Source of the DNA: a bacterium
Lineage (GTDB): Bacteria; Zhuqueibacterota; Zhuqueibacteria; Residuimicrobiales; Krinioviventaceae
DNA: 64,000 nucleotides
NCBI GenBank assembly: GCA_963693055.1
Contig: OY843751.1
Span: 6,471,008-6,535,007 of the forward strand
Direction of reading: 5' to 3'
In this document: positions 47,097 to 57,552 of the stretch, in pieces
How positions within the stretch are numbered: the stretch's first letter is position 1
Layout: every line of letters begins with the position of its first letter
Translations under genes and position numbers: made by a program
The notes under the pieces: generated by a model
Told to the model about the DNA's origin: nothing
Database searches by the model: none
Seen by the model: only the letters and a program-made list of their open reading frames with translations

Positions 47097-50000
47097 TTAT
47101 TTAACCAGCGCGAGTTTTTTCACAAACCGACCTTCTTCCGTATTCAGAACCATATAGTAAACACCTGCCGCAACGATCAGATCCTGAGCATTGGTGCCAT
47201 CCCATTTGGAGATATGGTAACCTGGCTCAATTCGATCATTTATCAGCATTTTAACCGTACGTCCAAGGATGTCATAAACTACCAGCGTAACTTTTGACGG
47301 TTTGGGCGTTTCAAACCGTATAGTGGTAGATGGATTGAACGGATTGGGATAATTCTGATGCAGTGTAAATGATTTTGGCAGCGGTGGTTCAACCGTAATC
47401 ATTTCATGTGTTGTACGGCTGCCATCTGTCTGCAGGTCTTCAAGACGATAATAATATGTCTTGCCGGCCTGAACATCCTGATCTGTAAAAGTATAAAGGC
47501 CTTTTTCGTTTGAGGGTATCAAACTGCTTACTGTCTCAAACGGGCCTGCTTTTTGGGTTGCGCGTTGAACATAAAATCCACTATTGTCGGTTTCGCGACG
47601 TGTGCTCCAGTTCAGTTCTACACCGTCAAAATTCTTGAATACACCCGCAAAATCTTTCAGCTCAATAGCCGTAGTAATGGATGCAATCCATGCTGTTTTT
47701 GCAGTATCCTGCTGATCAAAAACCAGCGCTGTAACGGTAAGGCTGCCGATATCGAGATTCTGTGTTTGCAGTTTGTATTCTGTTGTGGTTGCTTTTGCTT
47801 CATCATTGACCAACCAGACATAATTAAGCGGGTCATTGTCGGCATCTGTGGCTTTGACATAAAAATCAATCGATTGACCTTTGGTAATGGTACCCAACAC
47901 ATGTGCCACAGGTAGACTGGCATCCAGATCGATTACCGGTTTTCGGTTTGCATTGGTAACGGTTAGCTGGACAAATTTTTGGCTGGTTGCACCCAGTGTG
48001 TCGGTTGCTGTGAATTTTATGTCATAGGTACCTGCCTGTGAAAAAGTTGGCAGCCAAACAAATTTGTAAACGCCATTGGAATTAAATTCGGCGCCGTCAG
48101 GTAATCCCTGGACATTAACACTAAAACTGTCATTTTCAGCGTCTGTGATCTGGACTGTAAATTTCATGCTGTCGTTTTCGGCAACTGTCAGATCTGTTGT
48201 TGAAATGGCAATGGTAGGAGCACTGTTTGACAATACCTGTGCCTGGAACTGTAATGGAGAATTATCAAGCCCATTTTTAATGGCTGTAACGGATTGGGTT
48301 GTGGCACTTTTGCCCAGTACCCAGCTTGCTTTGGCATGACCGGTAGAATCGCTAACGACAATAGAATCCGGTTCGATGCTGCCTTGTGCGGCTCTAAAAG
48401 TAATCATTACCTGGGGCACACCGTTGCCATATTGATCGCTGACCAATACAGAAAGTTTATTGTTTAATCTGTGACCTGCAATGCCGGTCTGGTTATTACC
48501 AGCCGCTATTTCCATACTTGTGGCATCATCAGGCAGACATTTGATTGTAAACCATACAGTATCTCCCGGAACAGAAGCGCTGACAGCTCTCACAAGTGAT
48601 GTACCACTTGATGTGCTTGCAGTAAATCCGATGGATGCTAAACCCGAGGCATTGCTGGTTTGAGTAGTATCTCCATCTAATTCGCCTGGCCCGCTTATTA
48701 ATCTAAACACAACATCACGGTCTGCTACGCCATTGCCGGCATCATCTGTGATTTTGACAGAAAGCGGAGATGCAAGCGATTCGGTTACATTGACCGATTG
48801 TGGATTTTCCGAAGCGAGTGCAAGGTTTTGTGCCTGATCGGAAGTTGATGAGACTGTAAAGGAGACCTGTTTGCTTGTTCCCACCATGCGAGCTGTGATC
48901 TGGGTTTGACCGGATTTTGTACCCAGGCTGATGGTGGTTTGCGCGCTGCCATCAGCCGCGGTTTTTACTGTACCGCTGTCTACCTGGGCAATATCTGTAT
49001 TTTCTGATGAAAACAGAATACCCATGTTGCCTGCGGGTCGGTTATCGCTGTCTTTGATCTGAACGACAACCGGCTCGGGTAATGATTGTCCGAGAGGGCC
49101 GGTTTGGTTGTCGCCGCTGATTTTATGTACAGAGAGATTTTCCGGCATCATTACATATATGCTGAATGACATGGGGCTGCCGGTCAGACCACCTGCTACT
49201 GCTTGTACTGTCAGTTCGCATGGCTCGGGGCATACCTGAACATTACAAGTGGCCAGGCCAGCTTCATTGGTATAAACCGGTTGAATAAATTCAAAATTTA
49301 TATCCGTGTTTTCTGATTGAAACGTAATGGGATAGTTGGCAACCGGTTGATTGTTGCTATCTGTCACTTTAACAGTGAGTGGTTCAGCAAGAAACGATCC
49401 CGGAAAAGCAATGATATCCGAATCACTAATGCGAGTGAGTTTTGACGCATCAGTTGAAAAGAAGGAAATGTTTATTGATTGATCCAACTCTACACCATCT
49501 GCTGCTGCTGTCAGGGTAACAGTACCCGGAGTAACAGAAGATACCAGTGCTCCAAAAGTGCCATTTTGATTGGTTTTACCTGTAGTTGGTGTAATTGTGG
49601 CAGTAACACCCTGCTGAGTAAGTGTAACCGTTCTGTTGGCAAGGGCGTTACCATATTTATCTTTTAATTTAACAAGAACGGAAGAAAATGCATCACCAGA
49701 TGCCGGAATTGGAGATTCGGCGCTTATGGTAGAAAGCGTTGCATCTGTAATACCCGCTTCACCTGATGCTGTGAATAAAAAGGGTGAACCCGTCAAAGCG
49801 GTACCTTTATTGGATGACCTGGCTTCTACGGTGTGTAAATTGTCACCCATTTCGCTTCCCAGGGTAAAGACAACGCTGGCAATACCGTTTTCATTCGTGT
49901 GGACCAATGTGTCGGGTCTTGTGCCAACGGTTCCGGAGCCGCCTTTAACCGTAAATGTTACGGGATGATTGGATACCGGAAAGCCTAATCCATCTTTAAT

Positions 50001-53000
50001 TTTGACCGTAAGAGGAGTCGAAAGTGCCTGCCCTACCATTCCGGTTTGATTGTTTCCTGCTTCATAAACCAGATCTTCAGCACCGGAAGAAACGGCATAA
50101 GCGCTAAAGCTGAGAGGCGAGTTTTCCAGATGTTCAGATTCATAAATTGCCGAAACCGAGATTTGTTGCGCATCCTGATACTCACCCAGACGCCAAACCG
50201 CATACGCAATACCTCTGGAATCGGTCTGTACGGACAAGGTGTCTTTGTCATTTGCTTCAAATTGACCGTTGCCGGTTAGAATTGAATATTTAACCGTAAA
50301 ATTGGGGATTGACAGGTTATCTGTATCTACCACTTTGACAAAAATAGTGTCCGGCAGAACCTGGCCCGGCGCACCAATCAAACCACTGGTACTGGTAATA
50401 GGTATTATTCGTGCAGGATTCCCACGTTTAACGGACGCGTAAAATGTGTAGGGACTACCATCCAACTCTTGTCCTATGTATTCACTGGAGACAGTTACAA
50501 CGTGATTTGAATCACCCAGTTCTTCACCCAATGTGAGATATGCACGCGCAAGTCCCAATTCATCAGTACTGGTGTTGAATGAGCTTAGACCATCTATTTC
50601 ACCCAATTCGCTGGTTACTTCATAACTTACGGGATGGTCTTGAACGGGATTTTCAAAAACATCTGTAATTCTGATCTGGAAAGGTTGATTTAGCCGGGTA
50701 CCTCGTACACCGCTTTGAACATTGCCCGATACATAGAGCAGTTTTTGAGGTACATCGTGCACGCCGGTTGCAGAAAATGCAATAACTTCCGGAGACAAGC
50801 CGGCAAAGACTGCCTGGACCTGATTTTGACCTGCTTTTTCATCCAGAGTAAAGTTGACCGATGCATATCCATTTGCATTGGTAACCTGGGTGTCAATATT
50901 TTGCCCGTTAAAAGAACCATCTCCATTTTCAACCCAGAATCTAACTTCAAAGCCTTCAACGGGGTTATTGTAACTGTCAGTAACTCTTACACGGAATGGT
51001 TGATTCAGAACATGACCAACAGTATCGGTCTGCGCATCTCCTGAAATTTTATATGCGTTAGCAGCATTTCCGGCAGTGGCTGAAGCCCAAAAGGTTACCG
51101 GAGATCCTGGAATGTCGCTGTTATTAAATGTAGCACTGGCGTTAATTTCGTAAATGTCAGTTCCTGCGGTTTGACCGGTTGTAAATTCAGCCTTGGCGTC
51201 TCCCAGAGTGTTGGTTTGAGCCACAATTTGAGTACTGCCGTCAAATCCACCTCCATTTTCAGCGGTAAAGACAACCGAATGGCCGGATATGGGATTGCCA
51301 TATTTATCATTAATACGAACTATTAGAGATTCTGGCAAAGAATGGTTTACTGCCGCAGTTTGACCGTTACCGGATATCTGTAATATCACTGCGGGGTTTC
51401 CGGCTGTTGCGGTTGCATTAACGGTAACAGGAGATCCGTTTATCTCTCCGGCATTGACTTGCATGCTTGTGGTACCAGCAGTTTTACCCAATAACCAGTA
51501 GCCCTTTGCTATACCATTTACATTGGTCAGGATTTGAGCTGAGGAATCTGCCTGCACTGTAGCACCCTGAAGAATGGCTGCATAGGTGGTGGAATCTACA
51601 ACTCCGCCGGTATCACTCAAAACCGCAAAATTCACTTGGTAACCAATTGCGGGGCCACCATTTTCTTCCAGTACTTTGACCTGTATGGGATCAGCCAAAA
51701 ATTCCAGCACTTTGCCGGATTGATTGTTGCCGGATACATACTTCATATCGCTGGCTACACCCCGAATGGCTGCTGTAAATGTAACCGGTGAACCGGGAAC
51801 ACCTTCTGCAATGGCCTGTACCTGCTGCAATCCGCTGGAGCTGCCAGGAGTCAAGGTAGCACTTGCCTGCCCTGACGCGTCTGTATTCACCGCGTTATAA
51901 TCCATAACGCCGCCGCCTGAAAGGACTAAAAATACGACCTGAAAATCGGGAATGGGGTTGCCGAAGGCGTCTTTGATAGTAACGACAAAAGGCTCATCAA
52001 GAGGAACATTTATATCACCTGCCTGAGCATCACCTGATGTCTTTTCAATGGAAACCGGGGTACCGGGAAGTGCTGACAAGTTGAATTGAACAGGACTGCC
52101 GTCAACTGGTGATCCGTTATAGGATAGAGATGCTTCAACGATGATTTCACCAGATGTTTGTCCCAGTTCAATAAAACGACGCGCCAAACCTTCGCGGTCA
52201 GTAAGATTAGGCGATTCATTTTCTCCTTCTTCCGCACCGGTAGGAACATAATTGACATCAGTAGTGAATAATAATTTGTCAATATGGGGTCTGCCGTTAT
52301 TGATATTCAGGGTGATGGTATGTGAACCCTGATCTAAACTGTATAAATATGCAACGCTGTTTTCCTGTACTTGTACCCATTGCCAGCCTTCCTGAGAAGA
52401 GAGTGTCAGGGTTTTGGCTTGATGCTCATCAATTGCCACTGTTACCTGGTCTGATGATTGCGCGTTTGCAAAACGCACCCATACCGAAAACTGGTCTGCT
52501 TCGGCTGTTTCAACTTGGAGTTCGGCACTGCCGGAACCTCCCAAATAAGAGGGAACTGCAACAAATCCATTGCCGGATGCAGTCAGATCATAAAACCATT
52601 GCATATTTCCGGAAAGATTACCGGTTTCTGTTTCAACTGAAATAGCGTCTGTGGTCAGATCCGGGATGAACAAGGTAGCATCGCCTTCAATGACTTGAAA
52701 TGCCACACTTGAACCTTCAACAGGTCTGCCTTCATCATCTGTAACTTTGACGACGATGGGATTGTCTAGCGTTTGGCCTACAATTTTTTCCTGATTGTTG
52801 CCGCTATATTCTGCCAGGAGAGCGGGATCTGTACCTGTATTCTGAGGTATTTCGGGACGAATAGTAATAGTCTGGTTAACCGCAACATTACGCATTACAA
52901 CCATTGTGCCGTCAGTGAATCTTGCGAGCAGATCGCATTGGCTGTGTAATGCCATACCGATGTGCTGTGTGGGAGAGTATTGCGAAAAGTAACCGGCACC

Positions 53001-55544
53001 CGAAGTGATTTCACGATAGTTCAACAGATAATCTGCATCATCCACATGTCCAGATTCATAAATCCATATTTTGGTGCCGTATCCGCCAATATTGCCATCC
53101 GGACCATATGCATTAACACGTAACCAGTTATAACCATTGCTGAGATTGTTTTGCATCATAACATTGAAAACATCAGCACGGGTAATAATCAGGTCCAGAT
53201 CTCCATCCAGATCATAATCAAAGGGTGCGCCACCACGCATATCACCGGCATAAAGCTCGGTGCCGCTGTTGTTTTCTTTGGCAAAAGTCCAGTTGCCTTG
53301 GTTCAGATAAAGTCCCGCATAGTTTGCCACACTGGTAATGAGAATGTCTTCCCATCCATCATTGTTAAAATCGCCAATGATGGGAGCAAGTCCATCCATG
53401 GGGATGGCTAATGAATTGGAAATATTATCAAAAGTGCCGTCACCCTGGTTTTCGTAAACCTGCAAATAGGGATCAGGAGTGCTGCTGGTATGGCTGACAC
53501 CCAAAATCAGGTCCAGATCCGCATCGTTATCCAGATCTGCCCAGCTTGCACCGTTGTGGTTAAGACTGACGTAATTACCCTCAACACCAGCAAATTCGGC
53601 AACGTCAGAAAAGTTGCCGGCGCCGTCATTAAGCCAAAGTTTATTGTTTGTTTCGCGTTTTGATAAAAAGATGTCAACATCGCCATCATTATCAAAATCC
53701 GCTGCTGAAGCCGAGATGCTGTATTTGCCTGCTTCAACTGCATCACGAAGACTGCTGGCGGTTGAGGTAAAGCTGCCGTTACCATCGTTTACATAATATT
53801 CATTCAAAGCTTCGGAATTGATCGCGAGAATGTCCATATCTCCGTCATTTTCCGCGTCAAATGCCAATGTTGTAGTGGTTGTTTTTATCTGGTTTAGTAT
53901 TCCCGCCAGGGTGCTAATATCTTCAAAATCCTGATTGTCTTGGTTCAGGTATAAATGGTTGGGGCTATCGGCAGTGCTACCATTAAACAGGTCAAAGTCG
54001 CCATCATTGTCAATGTCTACAAAGACGGAACTGTTGCTTTTTTCTTCATCCTCTATGTGATAGTCAAATGCGCTTTCCGTATAGGGCAATTGTGGATTAC
54101 TGAGGTAGAATGCTTCATGCGGATCAGCATCACCTTTAGCTGTGCGGGCTATGTAAATATCATCATAACCATCCTGGTTGATATCTACAAGGGAAACACC
54201 TTTATAACTGTGATATTTGTCAGCAAAACCTGCAACGTCAGCGTACCATGTGATATCGCGGAACCATTTTGTCTCTCCTGATAAAATATACTCAAACACA
54301 TCAAAATAGGAATCTCCTATGGTGTCTAATCCCTCTTTGGTGGGGTGCATCATATCCCACATGGGATCATAATAGTCATTGGTCCAGATATGAGGATTTT
54401 CCTGCAAACGGGAAAAATGGTCGCAAATGTAAACCGGTTCCGGCTGCCCTGTTAGAACACCATTGCGGTAATCTCTGGCAAGGCGGGCCACTTCTTTATT
54501 GAACTCGACACATTTTTCAAGTGTTCCGCTGCGAGCAGTATCTTCCATGGGAATGATCAGGCTGACAATGATATAATCAAGGTTTTCACCAAATTCACCA
54601 TTGTGCCATTTTAGCAGGTAATCGATCAATACTGCAACTTCACCACTTTGTGTGTTTATAATTTCTCCGTTTTCTTCATACGGACCAACATCTTTATATT
54701 GACTGTTAAGATCGTTTGTACCCAAATGAAAAGCCACAATATTGGGCCTGTGATTGTTCATGGGATTGGTAACATCCATATTTCCATGATCACCGCCAAG
54801 CAGGTCAGGAGGGTAAAAATCGTCTATTTTTTGACTGAATCTAAAATGTCCTTCATAAGGTGCGTCACCCCAGCTTCCTACAAAATCAAAGTTGTAGCCT
54901 GCATTTGTCAATCGTTCATATAATCTTTTTCGGAGCCCTTCTTCCGCATTATCATATTCACCCCAGGTGATAGAGTCACCCAGCAGCATGATTTTAACTG
55001 CTTCGTCATTAATGATCTCGCCCACGTTTGCAGAAGCAATGATTTGTGACGGCGTATCCGGAGCCATTTGAGGAACCAGCACTAGTATTTCGTCGGTATA
55101 CTGTCCGCCAAAGGTTGTAGAGAGAGAGCCATCCAGATTGAATGTTTCTGTAGATACAAGCTTGTAACCTGTCTTGCTTTTTACAAAGATATGTGCCGAA
55201 AGCGGGCTGTCGGGTGAAACAGATAAATTGCGGTCAAGTGTTAAATCTATCTTGCCGGCAAGCGTTTCTGCTGAATGGAGTTGAATTGTGGTCTGGCTAA
55301 AGTTTTCAAAAGCAGAAAACGCTATACCATTTTCTGCAAGCTGGTCCTTAAGGTTATTGTCCAGCGATCTTAAAGGTATAGCACGCTGTCTCGTATTAAT
55401 ATTGTCTATATTGTGATATTCAACCCCGCCGTTAAATGGTGGTTCTGCGTTTTGCCCTTGCGGGATAGCTGCTGAATACAAGGGTTGAATTGCATAAATG
55501 ATCAAAATTGCAACGATATGTTTTAATTTCAATTGCCGCTCCAT
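47097..55544 (-). CDS. 2815-aa secreted multidomain protein: SGNH hydrolase, 7 FG-GAP repeats, ASPIC/UnbV, ~13 Big_1 Ig-like repeats, a CBM-like insert and a FlgD-Ig/T9SS-like C-terminus
   Basis: GDSIT, GTND and DMMHP. Seven D.D/NxDG.xD repeats. GAGYFSQ. Repeated SGxxQ...P..V.V.D..GNP units. C-terminal QNYPNPFNPST...WDG...GVY...KKL. Confidence 0.85.
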   Translation of the reverse strand: MERQLKLKHIVAILIIYAIQPLYSAAIPQGQNAEPPFNGGVEYHNIDNINTRQRAIPLRSLDNNLKDQLAENGIAFSAFENFSQTTIQLHSAETLAGKIDLTLDRNLSVSPDSPLSAHIFVKSKTGYKLVSTETFNLDGSLSTTFGGQYTDEILVLVPQMAPDTPSQIIASANVGEIINDEAVKIMLLGDSITWGEYDNAEEGLRKRLYERLTNAGYNFDFVGSWGDAPYEGHFRFSQKIDDFYPPDLLGGDHGNMDVTNPMNNHRPNIVAFHLGTNDLNSQYKDVGPYEENGEIINTQSGEVAVLIDYLLKWHNGEFGENLDYIIVSLIIPMEDTARSGTLEKCVEFNKEVARLARDYRNGVLTGQPEPVYICDHFSRLQENPHIWTNDYYDPMWDMMHPTKEGLDTIGDSYFDVFEYILSGETKWFRDITWYADVAGFADKYHSYKGVSLVDINQDGYDDIYIARTAKGDADPHEAFYLSNPQLPYTESAFDYHIEDEEKSNSSVFVDIDNDGDFDLFNGSTADSPNHLYLNQDNQDFEDISTLAGILNQIKTTTTTLAFDAENDGDMDILAINSEALNEYYVNDGNGSFTSTASSLRDAVEAGKYSISASAADFDNDGDVDIFLSKRETNNKLWLNDGAGNFSDVAEFAGVEGNYVSLNHNGASWADLDNDADLDLILGVSHTSSTPDPYLQVYENQGDGTFDNISNSLAIPMDGLAPIIGDFNNDGWEDILITSVANYAGLYLNQGNWTFAKENNSGTELYAGDMRGGAPFDYDLDGDLDLIITRADVFNVMMQNNLSNGYNWLRVNAYGPDGNIGGYGTKIWIYESGHVDDADYLLNYREITSGAGYFSQYSPTQHIGMALHSQCDLLARFTDGTMVVMRNVAVNQTITIRPEIPQNTGTDPALLAEYSGNNQEKIVGQTLDNPIVVKVTDDEGRPVEGSSVAFQVIEGDATLFIPDLTTDAISVETETGNLSGNMQWFYDLTASGNGFVAVPSYLGGSGSAELQVETAEADQFSVWVRFANAQSSDQVTVAIDEHQAKTLTLSSQEGWQWVQVQENSVAYLYSLDQGSHTITLNINNGRPHIDKLLFTTDVNYVPTGAEEGENESPNLTDREGLARRFIELGQTSGEIIVEASLSYNGSPVDGSPVQFNLSALPGTPVSIEKTSGDAQAGDINVPLDEPFVVTIKDAFGNPIPDFQVVFLVLSGGGVMDYNAVNTDASGQASATLTPGSSSGLQQVQAIAEGVPGSPVTFTAAIRGVASDMKYVSGNNQSGKVLEFLADPIQVKVLEENGGPAIGYQVNFAVLSDTGGVVDSTTYAAILQGATVQADSSAQILTNVNGIAKGYWLLGKTAGTTSMQVNAGEINGSPVTVNATATAGNPAVILQISGNGQTAAVNHSLPESLIVRINDKYGNPISGHSVVFTAENGGGFDGSTQIVAQTNTLGDAKAEFTTGQTAGTDIYEINASATFNNSDIPGSPVTFWASATAGNAANAYKISGDAQTDTVGHVLNQPFRVRVTDSYNNPVEGFEVRFWVENGDGSFNGQNIDTQVTNANGYASVNFTLDEKAGQNQVQAVFAGLSPEVIAFSATGVHDVPQKLLYVSGNVQSGVRGTRLNQPFQIRITDVFENPVQDHPVSYEVTSELGEIDGLSSFNTSTDELGLARAYLTLGEELGDSNHVVTVSSEYIGQELDGSPYTFYASVKRGNPARIIPITSTSGLIGAPGQVLPDTIFVKVVDTDNLSIPNFTVKYSILTGNGQFEANDKDTLSVQTDSRGIAYAVWRLGEYQDAQQISVSAIYESEHLENSPLSFSAYAVSSGAEDLVYEAGNNQTGMVGQALSTPLTVKIKDGLGFPVSNHPVTFTVKGGSGTVGTRPDTLVHTNENGIASVVFTLGSEMGDNLHTVEARSSNKGTALTGSPFLFTASGEAGITDATLSTISAESPIPASGDAFSSVLVKLKDKYGNALANRTVTLTQQGVTATITPTTGKTNQNGTFGALVSSVTPGTVTLTAAADGVELDQSINISFFSTDASKLTRISDSDIIAFPGSFLAEPLTVKVTDSNNQPVANYPITFQSENTDINFEFIQPVYTNEAGLATCNVQVCPEPCELTVQAVAGGLTGSPMSFSIYVMMPENLSVHKISGDNQTGPLGQSLPEPVVVQIKDSDNRPAGNMGILFSSENTDIAQVDSGTVKTAADGSAQTTISLGTKSGQTQITARMVGTSKQVSFTVSSTSDQAQNLALASENPQSVNVTESLASPLSVKITDDAGNGVADRDVVFRLISGPGELDGDTTQTSNASGLASIGFTASTSSGTSLVRAVSASVPGDTVWFTIKCLPDDATSMEIAAGNNQTGIAGHRLNNKLSVLVSDQYGNGVPQVMITFRAAQGSIEPDSIVVSDSTGHAKASWVLGKSATTQSVTAIKNGLDNSPLQFQAQVLSNSAPTIAISTTDLTVAENDSMKFTVQITDAENDSFSVNVQGLPDGAEFNSNGVYKFVWLPTFSQAGTYDIKFTATDTLGATSQKFVQLTVTNANRKPVIDLDASLPVAHVLGTITKGQSIDFYVKATDADNDPLNYVWLVNDEAKATTTEYKLQTQNLDIGSLTVTALVFDQQDTAKTAWIASITTAIELKDFAGVFKNFDGVELNWSTRRETDNSGFYVQRATQKAGPFETVSSLIPSNEKGLYTFTDQDVQAGKTYYYRLEDLQTDGSRTTHEMITVEPPLPKSFTLHQNYPNPFNPSTTIRFETPKPSKVTLVVYDILGRTVKMLINDRIEPGYHISKWDGTNAQDLIVAAGVYYMVLNTEEGRFVKKLALVK

Positions 55545-55695
55545 TTTTAGAATACCTGTTATTGTAACAATTTCAAGTGTTAAAAAAGTTTATACTGTTC
55601 AATAAATACCAAAAAAAGACAGTGGTGCGTAAATTAATCCCTTTTCATAAGTGTCTTGCTTTCTTGCCTTTACGTTGTGCCCGGCCTAATTTAGC

Positions 55696-55724
55696 TTGAC
55701 AATCGTACGTTATTTTAATATATT
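55696..55724 (+). promoter_or_regulatory. Putative sigma70 promoter of the folB operon
   Basis: TTGACA-17 bp-TATATT, 36 bp upstream of the folB ATG. Confidence 0.65.
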
Positions 55725-55760
55725 AATTTTTTATTTTATTTTTTGGATTTTTTTTAAAAA

Positions 55761-56126
55761 ATGTATCGTGATAAACTCAAAGTTCGCGGCATGACCTTTC
55801 ATGCATATCATGGACTGGACGACAGTGAACAGAGAAATGGTCAACGCTTTGATGTTGACGTTGAAGTGCTCTTTGATAGTTCCAAATCAGCGCAATCCGA
55901 TAAACTTCATGATACGATTGATGTGAGAAAAATTTATAATATTGTTTACGATTGTGTAGTAAATAATCGCTTTTTTTTAATAGAAGCACTAAGCCAAAAT
56001 ATTGCAGACAATTTGTTAAGCAAACTGGATATTGAGCAGGTTACTGTTAGAGTTAAAAAACCCGTGGCACCGTTGGGTGGTTTGGCTAACGGTACGGAAA
56101 TTGAAATAACCCGTGATAAAGCATAA
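55761..56126 (+). CDS. folB: Dihydroneopterin aldolase
   Basis: FHAYHG...E...GQRF.VD, SDKL.DTID, LIEAL and VRVKKP motifs. Adjacent to folK. Confidence 0.93.
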   Translation: MYRDKLKVRGMTFHAYHGLDDSEQRNGQRFDVDVEVLFDSSKSAQSDKLHDTIDVRKIYNIVYDCVVNNRFFLIEALSQNIADNLLSKLDIEQVTVRVKKPVAPLGGLANGTEIEITRDKA

Positions 56127-56646
56127 AGAATACAAAAATGTTTTTATCGGGATAGGCTCAAACCAGGGAGATCGGAAAAGTTGTATCTTTAGCGCTCTTG
56201 AAGAAATCAGGTCTTTTGGTGATCTGGTTAGCATTTCCGGATTATATGAAACAGAGCCATTCGGAAGCATAGAACAATCGGATTTTTTGAATGCGGTTGT
56301 TCAAGTTAGTACAGCTTTAGCACCTGATGAATTGTTGACGCGTCTGCAACATGTTGAGCAAAGGTTAGGGCGGGTCCGTAAAGAAAAATGGGGTCCCAGA
56401 ACCCTGGATCTTGATATTTTGATTTTTGACCAGCTTTTATTGAAAAGCGAAACGCTTGTTGTGCCGCATCCGGGATTGTCTGAACGACTGTTTGTTCTGG
56501 TTCCTTTATGTGAAATTGCATCGCAATATAATGTACCCGGATTAAACAAGACTGTAGAACAGTTATTAAAAGAGACCCCTGATGGAAGCAGAATTGAACT
56601 TTATGCAACCTCAAACGCTGTTTGGGAAAAGCTGAAAGAGGTTTAA
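56113..56646 (+). CDS. folK: 2-amino-4-hydroxy-6-hydroxymethyldihydropteridine diphosphokinase
   Basis: IGIGSNQGDR, YETEP, FLNAV, WGPRTLDLDIL and PHP...ERLFVLVPL motifs. Confidence 0.96.
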   Translation: MIKHKEYKNVFIGIGSNQGDRKSCIFSALEEIRSFGDLVSISGLYETEPFGSIEQSDFLNAVVQVSTALAPDELLTRLQHVEQRLGRVRKEKWGPRTLDLDILIFDQLLLKSETLVVPHPGLSERLFVLVPLCEIASQYNVPGLNKTVEQLLKETPDGSRIELYATSNAVWEKLKEV

Positions 56647-56647
56647 T

Positions 56648-57307
56648 GTGTCTTTGCCAAAATATATATGTGTAGAAGGCGTAATAGGCGCCGGAAAAAC
56701 CAGTTTAACTCGAATGCTGGGCGAGCATCTTGATGCAAAAACAGTATACGAACAACCTGAAGAAAATCCGTTTTTAAAAGATTTTTATAAAGATCCGCAA
56801 CGGTTTGCTTTTCAGGTGCAATTGTTCTTTTTACTGAGTCGATATCGTCAGCAGCAGGAAAATGTGCAGCCTGACCTCTTTCATGATATTATGTTATCTG
56901 ACTATTTGTTTGCCAAAGACAGAATCTTTGCGCATTTGAACCTTGAAGACCGTGAACTATTTCTGTACGATAAAATTGCTAGTTTATTGGAGCAGGATAT
57001 CCCCAAACCTGATCTGGTTGTGTTTTTACAATCTTCGCCAGAACGGTTGATGGCCAATATCCGACAGCGGGGACGGGGTTATGAAAAAGATATTTCAATG
57101 GATTATATAAAATCATTGAATGAAGCCTATAACAAATTCTTTTTTCATTATAATGATACGCCTCTGCTGGTGATCAACAGTACTTTGATAGATTTTGTTA
57201 ATAATGATAATGAATTTGATGATCTTGTAAAACAAATAATGCGCCCACACTACGGAATAGAGTATTATTCTCCGGTCCACTTAGATCAAAAGTCAAAAAA
57301 ACAATGA
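56648..57307 (+). CDS. Deoxynucleoside kinase
   Basis: EGVIGAGKT, NPFL..FY, FLLSRY.Q, DRIFA, PDLVVFL and RGRGYE motifs. Confidence 0.92.
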   Translation: MSLPKYICVEGVIGAGKTSLTRMLGEHLDAKTVYEQPEENPFLKDFYKDPQRFAFQVQLFFLLSRYRQQQENVQPDLFHDIMLSDYLFAKDRIFAHLNLEDRELFLYDKIASLLEQDIPKPDLVVFLQSSPERLMANIRQRGRGYEKDISMDYIKSLNEAYNKFFFHYNDTPLLVINSTLIDFVNNDNEFDDLVKQIMRPHYGIEYYSPVHLDQKSKKQ

Positions 57308-57311
57308 TATT

Positions 57312-57336
57312 AAAAGAGGGTTTATGCCCTCTTTTT
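57312..57336 (+). terminator. Terminator-like hairpin
   Basis: AAAAGAGGG-tttatg-CCCTCTTTTT after the dNK stop. Confidence 0.55.
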
Positions 57337-57358
57337 GTAATTTTAGCGTTCAAGGTAA

Positions 57359-57541
57359 ATGGAAATGTTATTTCGGTTTTTATTTTTAGGTTTTTTAATA
57401 TATTGGGCATATAAACTGATTGTTAGTCTATTACCCTCAAGAAAATCAGATATTGAAGTAAATGGAAAATCCAGCAATGAGCCTCTGGATTTGTCAGATT
57501 CGGATGTTGAAGATGTGGATTATAAAGAAATTAAGGATTGA
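57359..57541 (+). CDS. Small single-TM hypothetical protein
   Basis: Hydrophobic N-terminus and an acidic C-terminal DVEDVDYKEI motif. Lies between co-oriented genes. Confidence 0.65.
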   Translation: MEMLFRFLFLGFLIYWAYKLIVSLLPSRKSDIEVNGKSSNEPLDLSDSDVEDVDYKEIKD

Positions 57542-57552
57542 TATATAAATAA

